Origin: Methanobacteriota archaeon
Lineage (GTDB): Archaea; Thermoplasmatota; Poseidoniia; Poseidoniales; Thalassarchaeaceae
NCBI GenBank assembly: GCA_018654845.1
Contig: JABIKU010000025.1
Coordinates: forward strand, 36,437-100,436
Reading direction: 5' to 3'
DNA length: 64,000 bases
Shown here: positions 26,998 through 36,258 of the stretch, piece by piece
Numbering within the stretch: the first letter of the stretch is position 1
Layout: every line of letters starts with the position of its first letter
Position numbers and translations under genes: made by a program
The notes under the pieces: model-generated
The model's database searches: none
Told to the model about the DNA's origin: nothing
What the model saw: only the letters and a program-made list of their open reading frames with translations

Positions 26998-29115
26998 ATG
27001 GAGACCAGTTTGATTCTCGTTCTCAGTATGGCCGGCTTAATCGCAGCCTACATGGCATGGAATATCGGAGCCAACGATGTAGCTAATGCAATGGGGACGA
27101 GTGTCGGCAGTGGTGCTCTGACTTTACGTCGTGCTATTATCGTCGCTGCTATCTTCGAATTTCTTGGTGCAGTATTCTTCGGCAGCCATGTTACCGATAC
27201 GATTCGTAAGGGAGTTTTGGATTTCGGTCCAGATGGATTTTCTTACGAATTAAGCCAACAATTGATGTACGGATTCATGGCAGCACTCTTAGCCGCTGCA
27301 ATTTGGTTGACAATTGCAACGAAATATGGTTTACCTGTATCGACCACCCACAGTATCGTCGGTGGAGTAATCGGCATGGGGTTATTCATTCAACCATCTT
27401 CAGTTAATTGGGACAAAGTTTTCGAAATTGTCCTAAGTTGGATTGCTTCGCCTTTGTTAGGAGGAATTCTTGCCTACTTATCGTTCATGCTAATTAAGAA
27501 ATTCATAATGAATAATACAGATCCCTTGCAAAGAACGAAAGAAATAGCACCAATTTTAGCTCTACCTACTTTTTTCGTCCTAGGTTTAGCTCTTCAATTC
27601 AAAGCACTCAAAGGATTCTACTCAAATATGGACAGTGCGGGATACATCAACAAAGCTGATTGGTTACCTGCAAATGAAGGAACAACATTCAACCCGATGC
27701 TTGAAGGTGCTTGGATTCCGATGAATGCTTTGCTCGCAGCTCTGGCAATTGGCGGTTTGGCAAGTTTGATTCTTTGGTTCGTCCTTCGACGTTACAAATT
27801 CGAAGAGGAGGGGTACGAAGGTGTTGAGCGAGTTTTCATCTGGTTACAAATCATCACCGCTTGTTATGTCGCGTTTGCACACGGAGCTAACGATGTGGCG
27901 AACGCGATTGGTCCAATGGCTGCAATTTTCGATATCGCGACATCAGCAACCGGTACACTCTCACTAGACAAGGTTGGTGTACCGATTGGCTTGCTTCTAT
28001 TAGGTGGGGCAGGAATCACTATTGGAGTAGCCACATGGGGTTACAAAGTGATGGACACCATAGGGAAAAAAATAACTCACATTACTCCATCGCGTGGATT
28101 CGCGGCAGAATTCGGTGCAGCAACCACCGTACTAATTTTCTCAATGCCTTTTCTCGCAGTACCAATCTCAACGACACATACTCTTGTAGGAGCAGTCGTA
28201 GGTGTAGGATTAGCTGGTGGAGCCGCTGCGGTTGATTTCCGAGTGTTCGGAAAAATCGCTGCTAGTTGGATCGCAAGCCTACCAGTAGCTGGAATCGGAT
28301 CAGTGACATTCTTGATTTTGTTTAACAGCAACCCAACAAATGTTGTAATCGTAACACTACTATCAATTGGAATAACACTCTTAGTAGTGATGAAGCCAGA
28401 AATCATCACATCTACCCAATCGTTCGTAATATCCGATACACCAGGCCGCGCTCTTTCAAGTGCAGATGGCGAATCTAGTACTACTCCGTTCGAATTATTT
28501 CACGACCACGCAGTAGCTGTCGAAAAAACCGTTTTTGCAATGTTGGATGCTGTTTCAACTGCAGTATCTGGAGAAGACCCTTCTGAACAAATTCGATTAA
28601 CGGCGGAAGCTGAATTAGAAGCTGATAAACTGAAGAATACCGTTCGAGCTGAAATTGGTGCAAATGTCAGAATGGCAATCGGACGGAACACCTTCTTAGC
28701 CATGGTAAGCAAGCAAGATAGGATTGCAGATTATGCTCAAAACGTTGCAGAACAATTATCATTTAGAAAACTATACAAAAATAAAGAAGCTCAAGAAAAA
28801 CTTGTAATAATGGCTCACGCAGTTCTAGCGACCGTACAAAAATATGAGGAGACAGTAGAACAATTAGAGAACCTCAGCGTATCTGGATTTACTCGTAAAG
28901 AGAAAGATGTCCTAGGCGAGTTGATTGCCGAAGTCAATCAACTCGAACATGAAGCAGATGAAATTGAGCGGGACGCAGCAGGGTTCGTATTCACACACGG
29001 TGACGACGAGGCACTAGCCGCGATGCACATGTACAGAGTATTGCAAAGATTAGACGATGTAGCGAACGCGTGTGAAGATGCAGCGAATTCGTTCATTCCA
29101 ATCGTATATTCTTGA
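26998..29115 (+). CDS. PiT-family inorganic phosphate transporter fused to a PhoU/DUF47-like C-terminal domain
   Basis: Two GANDVANA signatures (IGANDVANAMGTS and HGANDVANAIGP). About 10 TM helices. A soluble helical ~220-aa tail (FELFHDHAVAVEKTV...ADKLKNTVRAEI...EHEADEIERD) resembles PhoU-like Pit accessory proteins. Confidence 0.8.
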   Translation: METSLILVLSMAGLIAAYMAWNIGANDVANAMGTSVGSGALTLRRAIIVAAIFEFLGAVFFGSHVTDTIRKGVLDFGPDGFSYELSQQLMYGFMAALLAAAIWLTIATKYGLPVSTTHSIVGGVIGMGLFIQPSSVNWDKVFEIVLSWIASPLLGGILAYLSFMLIKKFIMNNTDPLQRTKEIAPILALPTFFVLGLALQFKALKGFYSNMDSAGYINKADWLPANEGTTFNPMLEGAWIPMNALLAALAIGGLASLILWFVLRRYKFEEEGYEGVERVFIWLQIITACYVAFAHGANDVANAIGPMAAIFDIATSATGTLSLDKVGVPIGLLLLGGAGITIGVATWGYKVMDTIGKKITHITPSRGFAAEFGAATTVLIFSMPFLAVPISTTHTLVGAVVGVGLAGGAAAVDFRVFGKIAASWIASLPVAGIGSVTFLILFNSNPTNVVIVTLLSIGITLLVVMKPEIITSTQSFVISDTPGRALSSADGESSTTPFELFHDHAVAVEKTVFAMLDAVSTAVSGEDPSEQIRLTAEAELEADKLKNTVRAEIGANVRMAIGRNTFLAMVSKQDRIADYAQNVAEQLSFRKLYKNKEAQEKLVIMAHAVLATVQKYEETVEQLENLSVSGFTRKEKDVLGELIAEVNQLEHEADEIERDAAGFVFTHGDDEALAAMHMYRVLQRLDDVANACEDAANSFIPIVYS

Positions 29116-29133
29116 GAAAGAATTTCATTTATC

Positions 29134-29922
29134 CTACTGGCCATAATTTGGGTTGAGATTATTATCGGGAAGATTTGCAATTTTTTCCATGATAGGTAGA
29201 ACAAATTGCCAAGCAAAAATCGCCAAAATTAATCCAGTAGCCAAATCGAAAAGATAGTGTTGTTTTGTGGTCAGAATACTGATACAAAGCAGAATGTATT
29301 CAATCCAGATAACACCCACGAATGCTTTGGCAAAATTACTCGAAGGCCAACTGCGTAAAATCCACATCGTTATTGCCCGGCCGAGGAAATACGAGTGGAC
29401 TATGTGCAGACTCGGCCAGGCATTGAATGGCTGATCCATTGCATGAATAGTAGAGAACAGAGTAGATTGCCAACCATTCCCTTCTAGAATTGATTGTGGG
29501 ATGTCGCTGCGCATATCAATTTCTGCAGGGAAAAATATGAAGAAAAACGCACAAAATATTGTCAAAGCCGATAGCATTTGGACTCCAGCAATCAGTTCGA
29601 GGCGGGAGCGATCATCCGGCCTATTGAAGATTAGAACGGCTGGATAGTAGAGATACAGAGCCATGTAAGGAGCAATCATCCATCCAATAACCGGAATTTG
29701 TCGATCGAGAGCAATTTCAGGATCCCAGACTGTGATTCCGACTGCAGCGGCGTACAAATTCGAAGAAAAATATGGTATCGCGATGGCGAGAAGGCCGAAA
29801 ACAAACACTTCGAGTCGAAACATATTGCCATTCAATTTGTGACGTCTTGACCACGTCGGTCCCCAAATTGGCCAAGGTTGTAAAATCATGTTTCGAAGAG
29901 AGGTTAGCCTACCTGATTGCAC
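29134..29922 (-). CDS. PAP2-superfamily membrane protein (PAP2_C / sphingomyelin- or IPC-synthase-like phosphotransferase)
   Basis: About six TM helices. FNAWPSLHIVHS and TKQHYLFDLATG match the S-x-H and H-Y-x-x-D motifs (D3/D4) of PAP2_C lipid phosphotransferases. Confidence 0.55.
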   Translation of the reverse strand: MQSGRLTSLRNMILQPWPIWGPTWSRRHKLNGNMFRLEVFVFGLLAIAIPYFSSNLYAAAVGITVWDPEIALDRQIPVIGWMIAPYMALYLYYPAVLIFNRPDDRSRLELIAGVQMLSALTIFCAFFFIFFPAEIDMRSDIPQSILEGNGWQSTLFSTIHAMDQPFNAWPSLHIVHSYFLGRAITMWILRSWPSSNFAKAFVGVIWIEYILLCISILTTKQHYLFDLATGLILAIFAWQFVLPIMEKIANLPDNNLNPNYGQ

Positions 29923-30008
29923 ATATTGCCTAGAACGGGTGAGTCCTTGAAGGCGTTGGACAAGAGAGTAGAAAAATAGGTGAAAGGGAAGAGAAAGAAA
30001 TCCTCAAA

Positions 30009-30209
30009 TTATTGATTATTCTTATAACCGAGTTTGAAATTACAATTCGGACATGATTTCATCTCAATTTTTACATCATTCCCACAGGAGGGGCAGAGCC
30101 CGGGAATTACGGTCATATGATTAATCGAACAAGGAGATTCAAAATCAGGATCTGGGTGTTCAACCGCACAAACCACCGGAGGAATAACGGGTGATTCCGG
30201 TTTCATCAA
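30009..30209 (-). CDS. Small zinc-ribbon protein immediately downstream of the SSS transporter
   Basis: PGLCPSCGNDVKIEMKSCPNCNFKLG (CxxC-x10-CxxC). The start (TTG 30209 or ATG 30206) abuts the transporter stop TAA at 30210-30212. Confidence 0.5.
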   Translation of the reverse strand: MMKPESPVIPPVVCAVEHPDPDFESPCSINHMTVIPGLCPSCGNDVKIEMKSCPNCNFKLGYKNNQ

Positions 30210-31661
30210 TTAATACTCATCCGGCATGGCGTATGAACCCATCACCGTCACGAGTGCTGAACCAATTAATGCGGCGAGGAAGATATCGAGGTTGGCTAAA
30301 CCGAATTCATTTGTTGGATGAAGAATATAGTTGAATCCTGTTGAAATATCTGCTGTCAGCGTGCCATAAATAATAACTGAAAGTAAACCTGAAACTGCTC
30401 CAAAAAGTGCTCCTTTCGCCGACACCTTGTCCCAAAGAGTCAACAATACTGGCGCAACTGTTGCGGTTGCTAGAAGGTCGGCGAAAAGAAAAATTTCGAA
30501 AACACCAATTGCATCAAGAGTGAATCCTCCAATTGTTGGACCTGTCGCAAGATAAATCGCTGGAATCATTAGTCCGATAGTCCAAAACCTCGCATATCTT
30601 ATCCCCATTTTCCCATCAGAGAGATCTCGAGAAATTGAAGCTACAATCGCATTTTGCAAAGTATCCGCACTCGAAGCTACCAATGCAATAGCCAGCACGA
30701 TGAAAGCTGCAACTAACCAAGTTTCTGCGCCTTCGATTAGATAAAAGAACGAGGCAGCTGGGTCTTCAACAGCACCTTGCCCAGCGACGGCAGTGCCGAG
30801 AACTCCCATCACGAAAACCAGCGGAAGGACGAGTGCTGCTGCCATACAAGCACCTTGCTTCAGCGCTTTGTCTGATTCCGACGCCCAAGCGCGTTGCCAA
30901 TTTCCTTGAGAGAACATTTCAGCCGCAGTTATTGCAATCACCAGAGCCAAACCAGACTCGAATGTGCTCATATCCGACATGCTTCCATGATACCATTCCC
31001 ACTGAATATCTTCAGGAGTATACGCCTTAGCATCGGCGAGCAATCCACCGATGTCGCCGGCAAACAAAAATAGTAGCAAGGCGACTATCAAAAACAGCAC
31101 AATCCAGGCTTGAATCCTATCGGTTGCCAATGAAGCCGGTAATCCTCCGTAGGCAGTATAAGCGGCGGTCGCAATTGCAACCGCGAGAATAGGAATTAGT
31201 GGTTCAACCCCTGCAAGCAAACTCATTCCCTTGCCAATCGCAATGAATTCTGCGAACAAGAAAGTGAACATGTAGAGCACTGAAATAAGGCCGACGTAAA
31301 CTTGCATAGGCCGGCCGAGTCGCATGCGAACATAGTCTGCAAGAGTAACACCAGACGGCAATCGCTCGCGAATCATTGGACCAACGTAAGCGAGCAATAG
31401 AAACGGTGTTGCAGCCGAAATCGCATAACCTATAACATCCCAAAAACCACCGTAATAACCCACCTCTGAAGGGCCAAATAGCACCCATATACCCATACCT
31501 GATGCAAAGAGACTCAAACCGATTCGAATCGAATTTTGTGAACCTCGGGCGGAGAGATATGAATCCCCATCTATTTCTTCATTCGTCGTTACTTGATAGC
31601 CGATATAACCGAAATAACCAAGCGTTGCAATCATCAATAAATATGCTATATTTGTATCCAT
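30210..31661 (-). CDS. Sodium:solute symporter family transporter
   Basis: 483 aa with about 13 TM helices. N-terminal pattern DSYLSARGSQNSIRIGLSLFASGMG is typical of SSS proteins. Substrate unknown; proline is plausible from the neighbouring gene. Confidence 0.75.
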   Translation of the reverse strand: MDTNIAYLLMIATLGYFGYIGYQVTTNEEIDGDSYLSARGSQNSIRIGLSLFASGMGIWVLFGPSEVGYYGGFWDVIGYAISAATPFLLLAYVGPMIRERLPSGVTLADYVRMRLGRPMQVYVGLISVLYMFTFLFAEFIAIGKGMSLLAGVEPLIPILAVAIATAAYTAYGGLPASLATDRIQAWIVLFLIVALLLFLFAGDIGGLLADAKAYTPEDIQWEWYHGSMSDMSTFESGLALVIAITAAEMFSQGNWQRAWASESDKALKQGACMAAALVLPLVFVMGVLGTAVAGQGAVEDPAASFFYLIEGAETWLVAAFIVLAIALVASSADTLQNAIVASISRDLSDGKMGIRYARFWTIGLMIPAIYLATGPTIGGFTLDAIGVFEIFLFADLLATATVAPVLLTLWDKVSAKGALFGAVSGLLSVIIYGTLTADISTGFNYILHPTNEFGLANLDIFLAALIGSALVTVMGSYAMPDEY

Positions 31662-31785
31662 TTGTCTCCCTCCGCTGGCATTACCCAGATCAGGTCAAAG
31701 GGTCATTACTCGTAAGTAACCTCTCAGCAATAATGCTCCCCAGTTAACAGGTCGTGGCGAATGAAATTATTCAACATTCCTCTAA

Positions 31786-33408
31786 TCAATCATGATCGGG
31801 TTGCATAAACGAATAATCCCAAGTCTGAGGTGTATCGAATGTTCGCTTTACAGAACGGGGACTAATCCAGCGAAGCAGGTTTAGGGGGCCTCCTGCCTTG
31901 TCGTTAGTACCAGATGCACGAGCCCCCCCAAATGGTTGCTGAGCGACAACTGCACCGGTAGGTTTGTCATTTATGTAGAAATTTCCTGCAGTAAATCGCA
32001 GAGCATTGAAAGCTTTCTGGATGTTCTCTTCGTTACTAGAAAAGATGCTGCCAGTAAGTGCGTATGGTGAAGCAGTATCACACAATGTCAGAACCTCGTC
32101 AAATTTGTTGTCCTCGTATACGAAAACTGTCAAAACTGGTCCAAAAATTTCCTCAACCATCGTCTCAGATGTTGGATTTGATGTGACTATGATCGTTGGT
32201 TCAATGAAATATCCAACCGAATCATCGTGGCCGCCACCGACGATAATTTCGCAGCAATCTCGAGCCGCAGCGCGATCGATATAACCACTAATCTTGTCGA
32301 AAGCGCGCTGGTCGATAACCGCGGTCATGAAATTGGTGAAATCACGAGCATCGCCCATCTTAATCTTCTCAATCTCAGAAACGAGGTCGGCTGATATCGC
32401 TTCCCAAACAGAGTGTGGGATGTATGCGCGACTAGCAGCGGAACACTTCTGGCCTTGATACTCAAAAGAGCCGCGCAGTAATGCGACTAGCAATCCTTGG
32501 CGGTCACAATCTGGATGAGCAACGACGAAGTCTTTTCCACCGGTTTCACCTACAATTCGCGGATAGGAATTAAGGTTAGGCAGAGCAAGTCCAATCTCTT
32601 GCCATAATCCCTGAAATACACGAGTCGAGCCGGTGAAATGAAGACCTGCAAAATTAGGATTATCTAAGCAAACTTCGGTAATTTCAGCACCAGATCCTGG
32701 CACGAAATTGATGACTCCGGCTGGCAATCCAGCCTCCATCATCAATTGCATCAAAATATAATTCGAAAGGTAAGAATTGCGACTTGGTTTCCAAATTCCA
32801 GTGCAACCAACGACTGCAGGAGCGCTTGGTAAATTAGCAGCAATACTAGAGAAATTGAAAGGAGTAATCGATAAAACGAAACCCTCTAGTGGACGGATTT
32901 CAGTTGAATTCTGAACCCCTGAAGGTGAAACCAGGGGTTGGAGATCGTCATGGAAACCGCGAGCGTAATGGCAATTGAAACGCCAGAAATCGATCAGCTC
33001 GCAAGCAGCATCAATCTCGGCCTGGAAAGCAGTTTTCGATTGATTCAACATTGTTGACGCGTTGACGCGCATGCGCCAATCACCTGCCAGTAAATCCGCA
33101 CAGCGCTCAAAAATTTCACACCTAGCCTCTAGCCCAATCTCAATCCAAGTCTGCTGAGCATTTACCGCAGCCTCGCAGGCCGCTTCCATTTCAGTTCTAC
33201 TAGCCAAGTGGACGTTGGCGAGTACATGACCGTGCTTGTGAGGAATCACCTGTGTCGTGGTCGTGCCAGTGTATACAGCTTCACCATTGATGATACAAGG
33301 AATCTCAATAACTTCAGACATCTGCTTGTCAAGTTCAGCATATAGTGCAATTCTTTCTTCACTTCCAGGCGCAAATCCAAGAATTGGCTCATTCGCAGGG
33401 TGGCTCAT
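31786..33408 (-). CDS. pruA: 1-pyrroline-5-carboxylate (glutamate gamma-semialdehyde) dehydrogenase
   Basis: NEPILGFAPGSEERIALYAEL...IPCIINGE at the N-terminus. ALDH core ETGGKDF and catalytic FEYQGQKCSAASR. ATG 33408 is preferred; the track start is 33441. Confidence 0.8.
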   Translation of the reverse strand: MSHPANEPILGFAPGSEERIALYAELDKQMSEVIEIPCIINGEAVYTGTTTTQVIPHKHGHVLANVHLASRTEMEAACEAAVNAQQTWIEIGLEARCEIFERCADLLAGDWRMRVNASTMLNQSKTAFQAEIDAACELIDFWRFNCHYARGFHDDLQPLVSPSGVQNSTEIRPLEGFVLSITPFNFSSIAANLPSAPAVVGCTGIWKPSRNSYLSNYILMQLMMEAGLPAGVINFVPGSGAEITEVCLDNPNFAGLHFTGSTRVFQGLWQEIGLALPNLNSYPRIVGETGGKDFVVAHPDCDRQGLLVALLRGSFEYQGQKCSAASRAYIPHSVWEAISADLVSEIEKIKMGDARDFTNFMTAVIDQRAFDKISGYIDRAAARDCCEIIVGGGHDDSVGYFIEPTIIVTSNPTSETMVEEIFGPVLTVFVYEDNKFDEVLTLCDTASPYALTGSIFSSNEENIQKAFNALRFTAGNFYINDKPTGAVVAQQPFGGARASGTNDKAGGPLNLLRWISPRSVKRTFDTPQTWDYSFMQPDHD

Positions 33409-33535
33409 GTTATTCTGCCTCAACCAGCCGTCTTTCATCATTTTGCCTCATGCCTAGCAAATTTGACAGAGAAAAAAACGAGTATAATGGAAATTCTGAA
33501 TACTGAGAACTAACGCACTTGTCGGGAGTAGAGAT

Positions 33536-33823
33536 TCAGGACCATTCGGTCATTTCGTCCTTTCTTTCTTTCTTCCATTCACGATAGTGTGGCTTACAAA
33601 CGCTGACTCGGCGGGCGCTTCCGTGCAAATTATCCTCGCCGAAAACATCGGCGGCGCGGTCGAAAGCGATTTTTCTACCGCCGATTTTCTTATCTGCCCA
33701 GTTTTTACATCCAGCGATATCGCAAGACACTTGACCTTCAAATTCCGCCTTCTTTTTCTCATCTGAACCTTTTGCTGCCGCAGCGATTTTTCGTCGCTTG
33801 TTAGCGTTCGCTTTGAATCCCAT
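33536..33823 (-). CDS. Small basic protein with possible CCCH metal site, hypothetical
   Basis: 95 aa. MGFKANANKRRKIAAAAKG...SCDIAGCKNW...VSVCKPHYREWKKERKD. No family recognised. Confidence 0.45.
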   Translation of the reverse strand: MGFKANANKRRKIAAAAKGSDEKKKAEFEGQVSCDIAGCKNWADKKIGGRKIAFDRAADVFGEDNLHGSARRVSVCKPHYREWKKERKDEMTEWS

Positions 33824-33846
33824 ATTTTGTCCCCTCAGTACCCCGA

Positions 33847-35259
33847 TTAGAAACTTGCCTCTGTCTCTGGATTATCGAATGCTCCGCCTTTCTTCGCAAT
33901 CGAAGCCCTTCTATCCGGCCCAACACCTACACTAACCACTGGTATTCCAGATAGATGTTCGATTCGCTCGACAATGTTACGCACACCCTCAGGCATTGCC
34001 GCGTAGCCGATTCCTTCTACTCTTGAACGGTCAGCCATAGCGATCCATTCTTCATCAGAGAGTGCTGGGAATCCTTGATGTGTTTCATAAATTGGAGTAC
34101 ATCGAGCGATATCTTCGGCGAGAGTTGGGAAGTAAGTAATGTGTTTGCCATCTAATTCGTAACCGACACATATTTTGATCTCATTGAGCCCACCTAGTAC
34201 ATCGAGTTTTGTAACTACTAATCCTGTGTAACCACTCGTTCGGTGGGCGTCCTTTAGAGCGATAATATCGAGCCAGCCGGTTCGGCGGGGACGGCCAGTT
34301 GTTGTGCCGAACTCATGTCCAATTCTAGCCATGTGTTCGCCCGGTCCTGAATCTAGATCGAGTTCGGTTGGGAACGGGCCATTTCCGACCCGAGTGACGT
34401 ATGCTTTGGTTATTCCAAAGCATTCCTCAATCCATCCGGGATGAATTCCTGCTCCATGAGTCGCATTGGCTCGACCAACAACACTTGATGTTACGAATGG
34501 ATAGGTTCCCTGATCTATATCGAGCATGGCTCCTTGGGCACCTTCGAGTAAAATTTGCTCACCATTTCGAAGTGCCATATCAATCATCAATCCAGTTGGC
34601 TTTATCGCATCACAATATCGATCGAGAATCCATTGTAGATCAGCCTTCAAATCCCCTAAGCTAATTTGCTGATCTACTTTTACAGTATTCAATTGATGAT
34701 TCATTCGTGAAATTTGAGATTTGATTTTCTTTTCATCGGCGAGCAAACTAGGAATATCCGCAAAGCGGATTCCGACGCGCTCGATTCGGTCGCGATAAGC
34801 GGGGCCTATCCCGCGACCGGTAGTGCCAACAATTTTGTCAGCAGAATCATACAAGCGGTGAAACGGCAATATCACTGACGCACGCTCTGAGATGAACAAA
34901 CGAGTTCCTTCAGGGCGTTCACCACTCAATCCATGCCATCGATCCAACTCTTCCTCAAGCACCCATGGATCGATGACCATCCCATCACCGAGAACCAAAT
35001 TGCAGTCCCTAGAGGTAACGCCAGAAGGAATCTGGTGGAGTTTTATCGTAGTATTACCAAGAACGATAGTATGGCCAGCATTATTACCACCTTGGAAGCG
35101 AACTGCCCAAGAAGAATGAGGGGCTAATTGGTCAATAGCCTTGCCTTTTCCTTCGTCTCCCCACTGGGCTCCGAGTACGATACTTGCTGGCACCGTAGCA
35201 TTCCCGTCCGCCGAAGGTGTATGAATGGTTAGGTTCAGAAATGTGCTTATTCTTGTCAT
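33847..35259 (-). CDS. purA: Adenylosuccinate synthetase
   Basis: VLGAQWGDEGKGK P-loop. GNNAGHT. GTTGRGIGPAY. The true start may be the internal GTG (VPASIVLGAQWG). Confidence 0.92.
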   Translation of the reverse strand: MTRISTFLNLTIHTPSADGNATVPASIVLGAQWGDEGKGKAIDQLAPHSSWAVRFQGGNNAGHTIVLGNTTIKLHQIPSGVTSRDCNLVLGDGMVIDPWVLEEELDRWHGLSGERPEGTRLFISERASVILPFHRLYDSADKIVGTTGRGIGPAYRDRIERVGIRFADIPSLLADEKKIKSQISRMNHQLNTVKVDQQISLGDLKADLQWILDRYCDAIKPTGLMIDMALRNGEQILLEGAQGAMLDIDQGTYPFVTSSVVGRANATHGAGIHPGWIEECFGITKAYVTRVGNGPFPTELDLDSGPGEHMARIGHEFGTTTGRPRRTGWLDIIALKDAHRTSGYTGLVVTKLDVLGGLNEIKICVGYELDGKHITYFPTLAEDIARCTPIYETHQGFPALSDEEWIAMADRSRVEGIGYAAMPEGVRNIVERIEHLSGIPVVSVGVGPDRRASIAKKGGAFDNPETEASF

Positions 35260-35290
35260 TGACCACCAAAATTGATTGCAAAGTGATTAT

Positions 35291-35515
35291 GAAGGGTTGT
35301 CAGGTCGGCGGGACACATGGCAACACGTCACCCAGTAGCAGAAGCACGCCTCCTCAAGAAGTGGATTTGCATGAAGTGTAGCGCAACCCACCGTGGATCT
35401 AAGCCACGATGTTGCCGTAAGTGCAAGTACACCAACTTGCGACAGAAGGCTACAGAACGCCGAAGCACCTGATATTGAAGGCTGCTTATCCCTTGAACAC
35501 GCGACTTACGTGTGA
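35291..35515. ncRNA. Candidate structured RNA in the purA / lysE-like intergenic region; class and strand unassigned
   Basis: A 304-nt intergenic gap that is visibly GC-richer than other spacers. Complementary segments are 35292-35296/35490-35494, 35301-35305/35467-35471, 35307-35310/35458-35461 and 35317-35325/35410-35418 (ggcaaca/tgttgcc core). Local hairpins are 35392-35396/35404-35408, 35423-35428/35435-35440 and 35497-35501/35509-35513. One G-U pair in the long helix slightly favours the plus strand. Confidence 0.3.
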
Positions 35516-35563
35516 TTACAATTAATTTCAATCAGGCTTAGCCTCAATTGTTTTAGCAACCGA

Positions 35564-36187
35564 TTGTTACAGCGATTCATGTTCACATCGGCGATTGAAG
35601 GATTCGCGATTAGTCTCAGCCTAATTGTTGCTATCGGTGCTCAAAATGCATACGTTTTGCGTCAAGGTCTTTTGCGATCTCATGTCTTTGTCGTTTGTGC
35701 GATTTGCGCAATTTCCGACGCCTTGTTAATCGCTGCTGGGGTATTCGGTGTCGGCGCGTGGTTAGCGAATTTTGAAGAAGGTACGTTTTGGATTTCGATG
35801 TTTGCAGTAATCTTTCTCGTAATATATGGAATTATTCGGATTCGCTCAGCATTGAACCCAGAGGGACTTACTATCTCGAATCATTCAAGCGAATCCGTTG
35901 GCAAGGTTGCGATTACAACCTTGGCATTTACTTGGTTAAATCCACATGTTTACCTTGATACATTGGTGCTTCTCGGCAGTGCCTCTTCGCGCTACCAAGG
36001 CGTCGAACGCGAATTATTCGGAATTGGAGCCGCGCTCGCATCTCTAATATTCTTCTTTTGTCTTGGTTATGGAGCACGCTTACTCTCACCGATAATGGAA
36101 AAACCTCAGGCTTGGAAAATTATCGATTTTTCAATCGCCGTACTAATGTTCATCATCTCTGGGGCAATTCTCTACGCTATTATCTGA
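35564..36187 (+). CDS. LysE/ArgO-family amino-acid exporter
   Basis: FAISLSLIVAIGAQNAYVLRQGL and a six-TM layout of about 200 aa. TTG start, or ATG at 35579. Confidence 0.8.
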   Translation: MLQRFMFTSAIEGFAISLSLIVAIGAQNAYVLRQGLLRSHVFVVCAICAISDALLIAAGVFGVGAWLANFEEGTFWISMFAVIFLVIYGIIRIRSALNPEGLTISNHSSESVGKVAITTLAFTWLNPHVYLDTLVLLGSASSRYQGVERELFGIGAALASLIFFFCLGYGARLLSPIMEKPQAWKIIDFSIAVLMFIISGAILYAII

Positions 36188-36258
36188 TAAATATCGAATA
36201 TTTACTCCTTCAAACCAATTCAATATATCAGAATTGGTAAAGTGAGCAAGTCAACGAA

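Noticed and set aside
35291-35515. Assignment of the structured intergenic element to RNase P RNA or SRP (7S) RNA
   Set aside because: ACAGAA and GGCUGCUUAU resemble RNase P CR-IV/V, but the universal GGAAAGUCC-type CR-I is absent on both strands. No SRP helix-8 GGAA tetraloop/AGCA motif is present either. It is left as an unassigned candidate.
35328-35531. Track ORF of 67 aa on the minus strand inside the purA/lysE spacer
   Set aside because: The translation (MKLIVITRKSRVQGISSLQYQVLRRS...) is Arg-rich and low-complexity, with no motif or start context. The region is better explained as structured RNA or non-coding.
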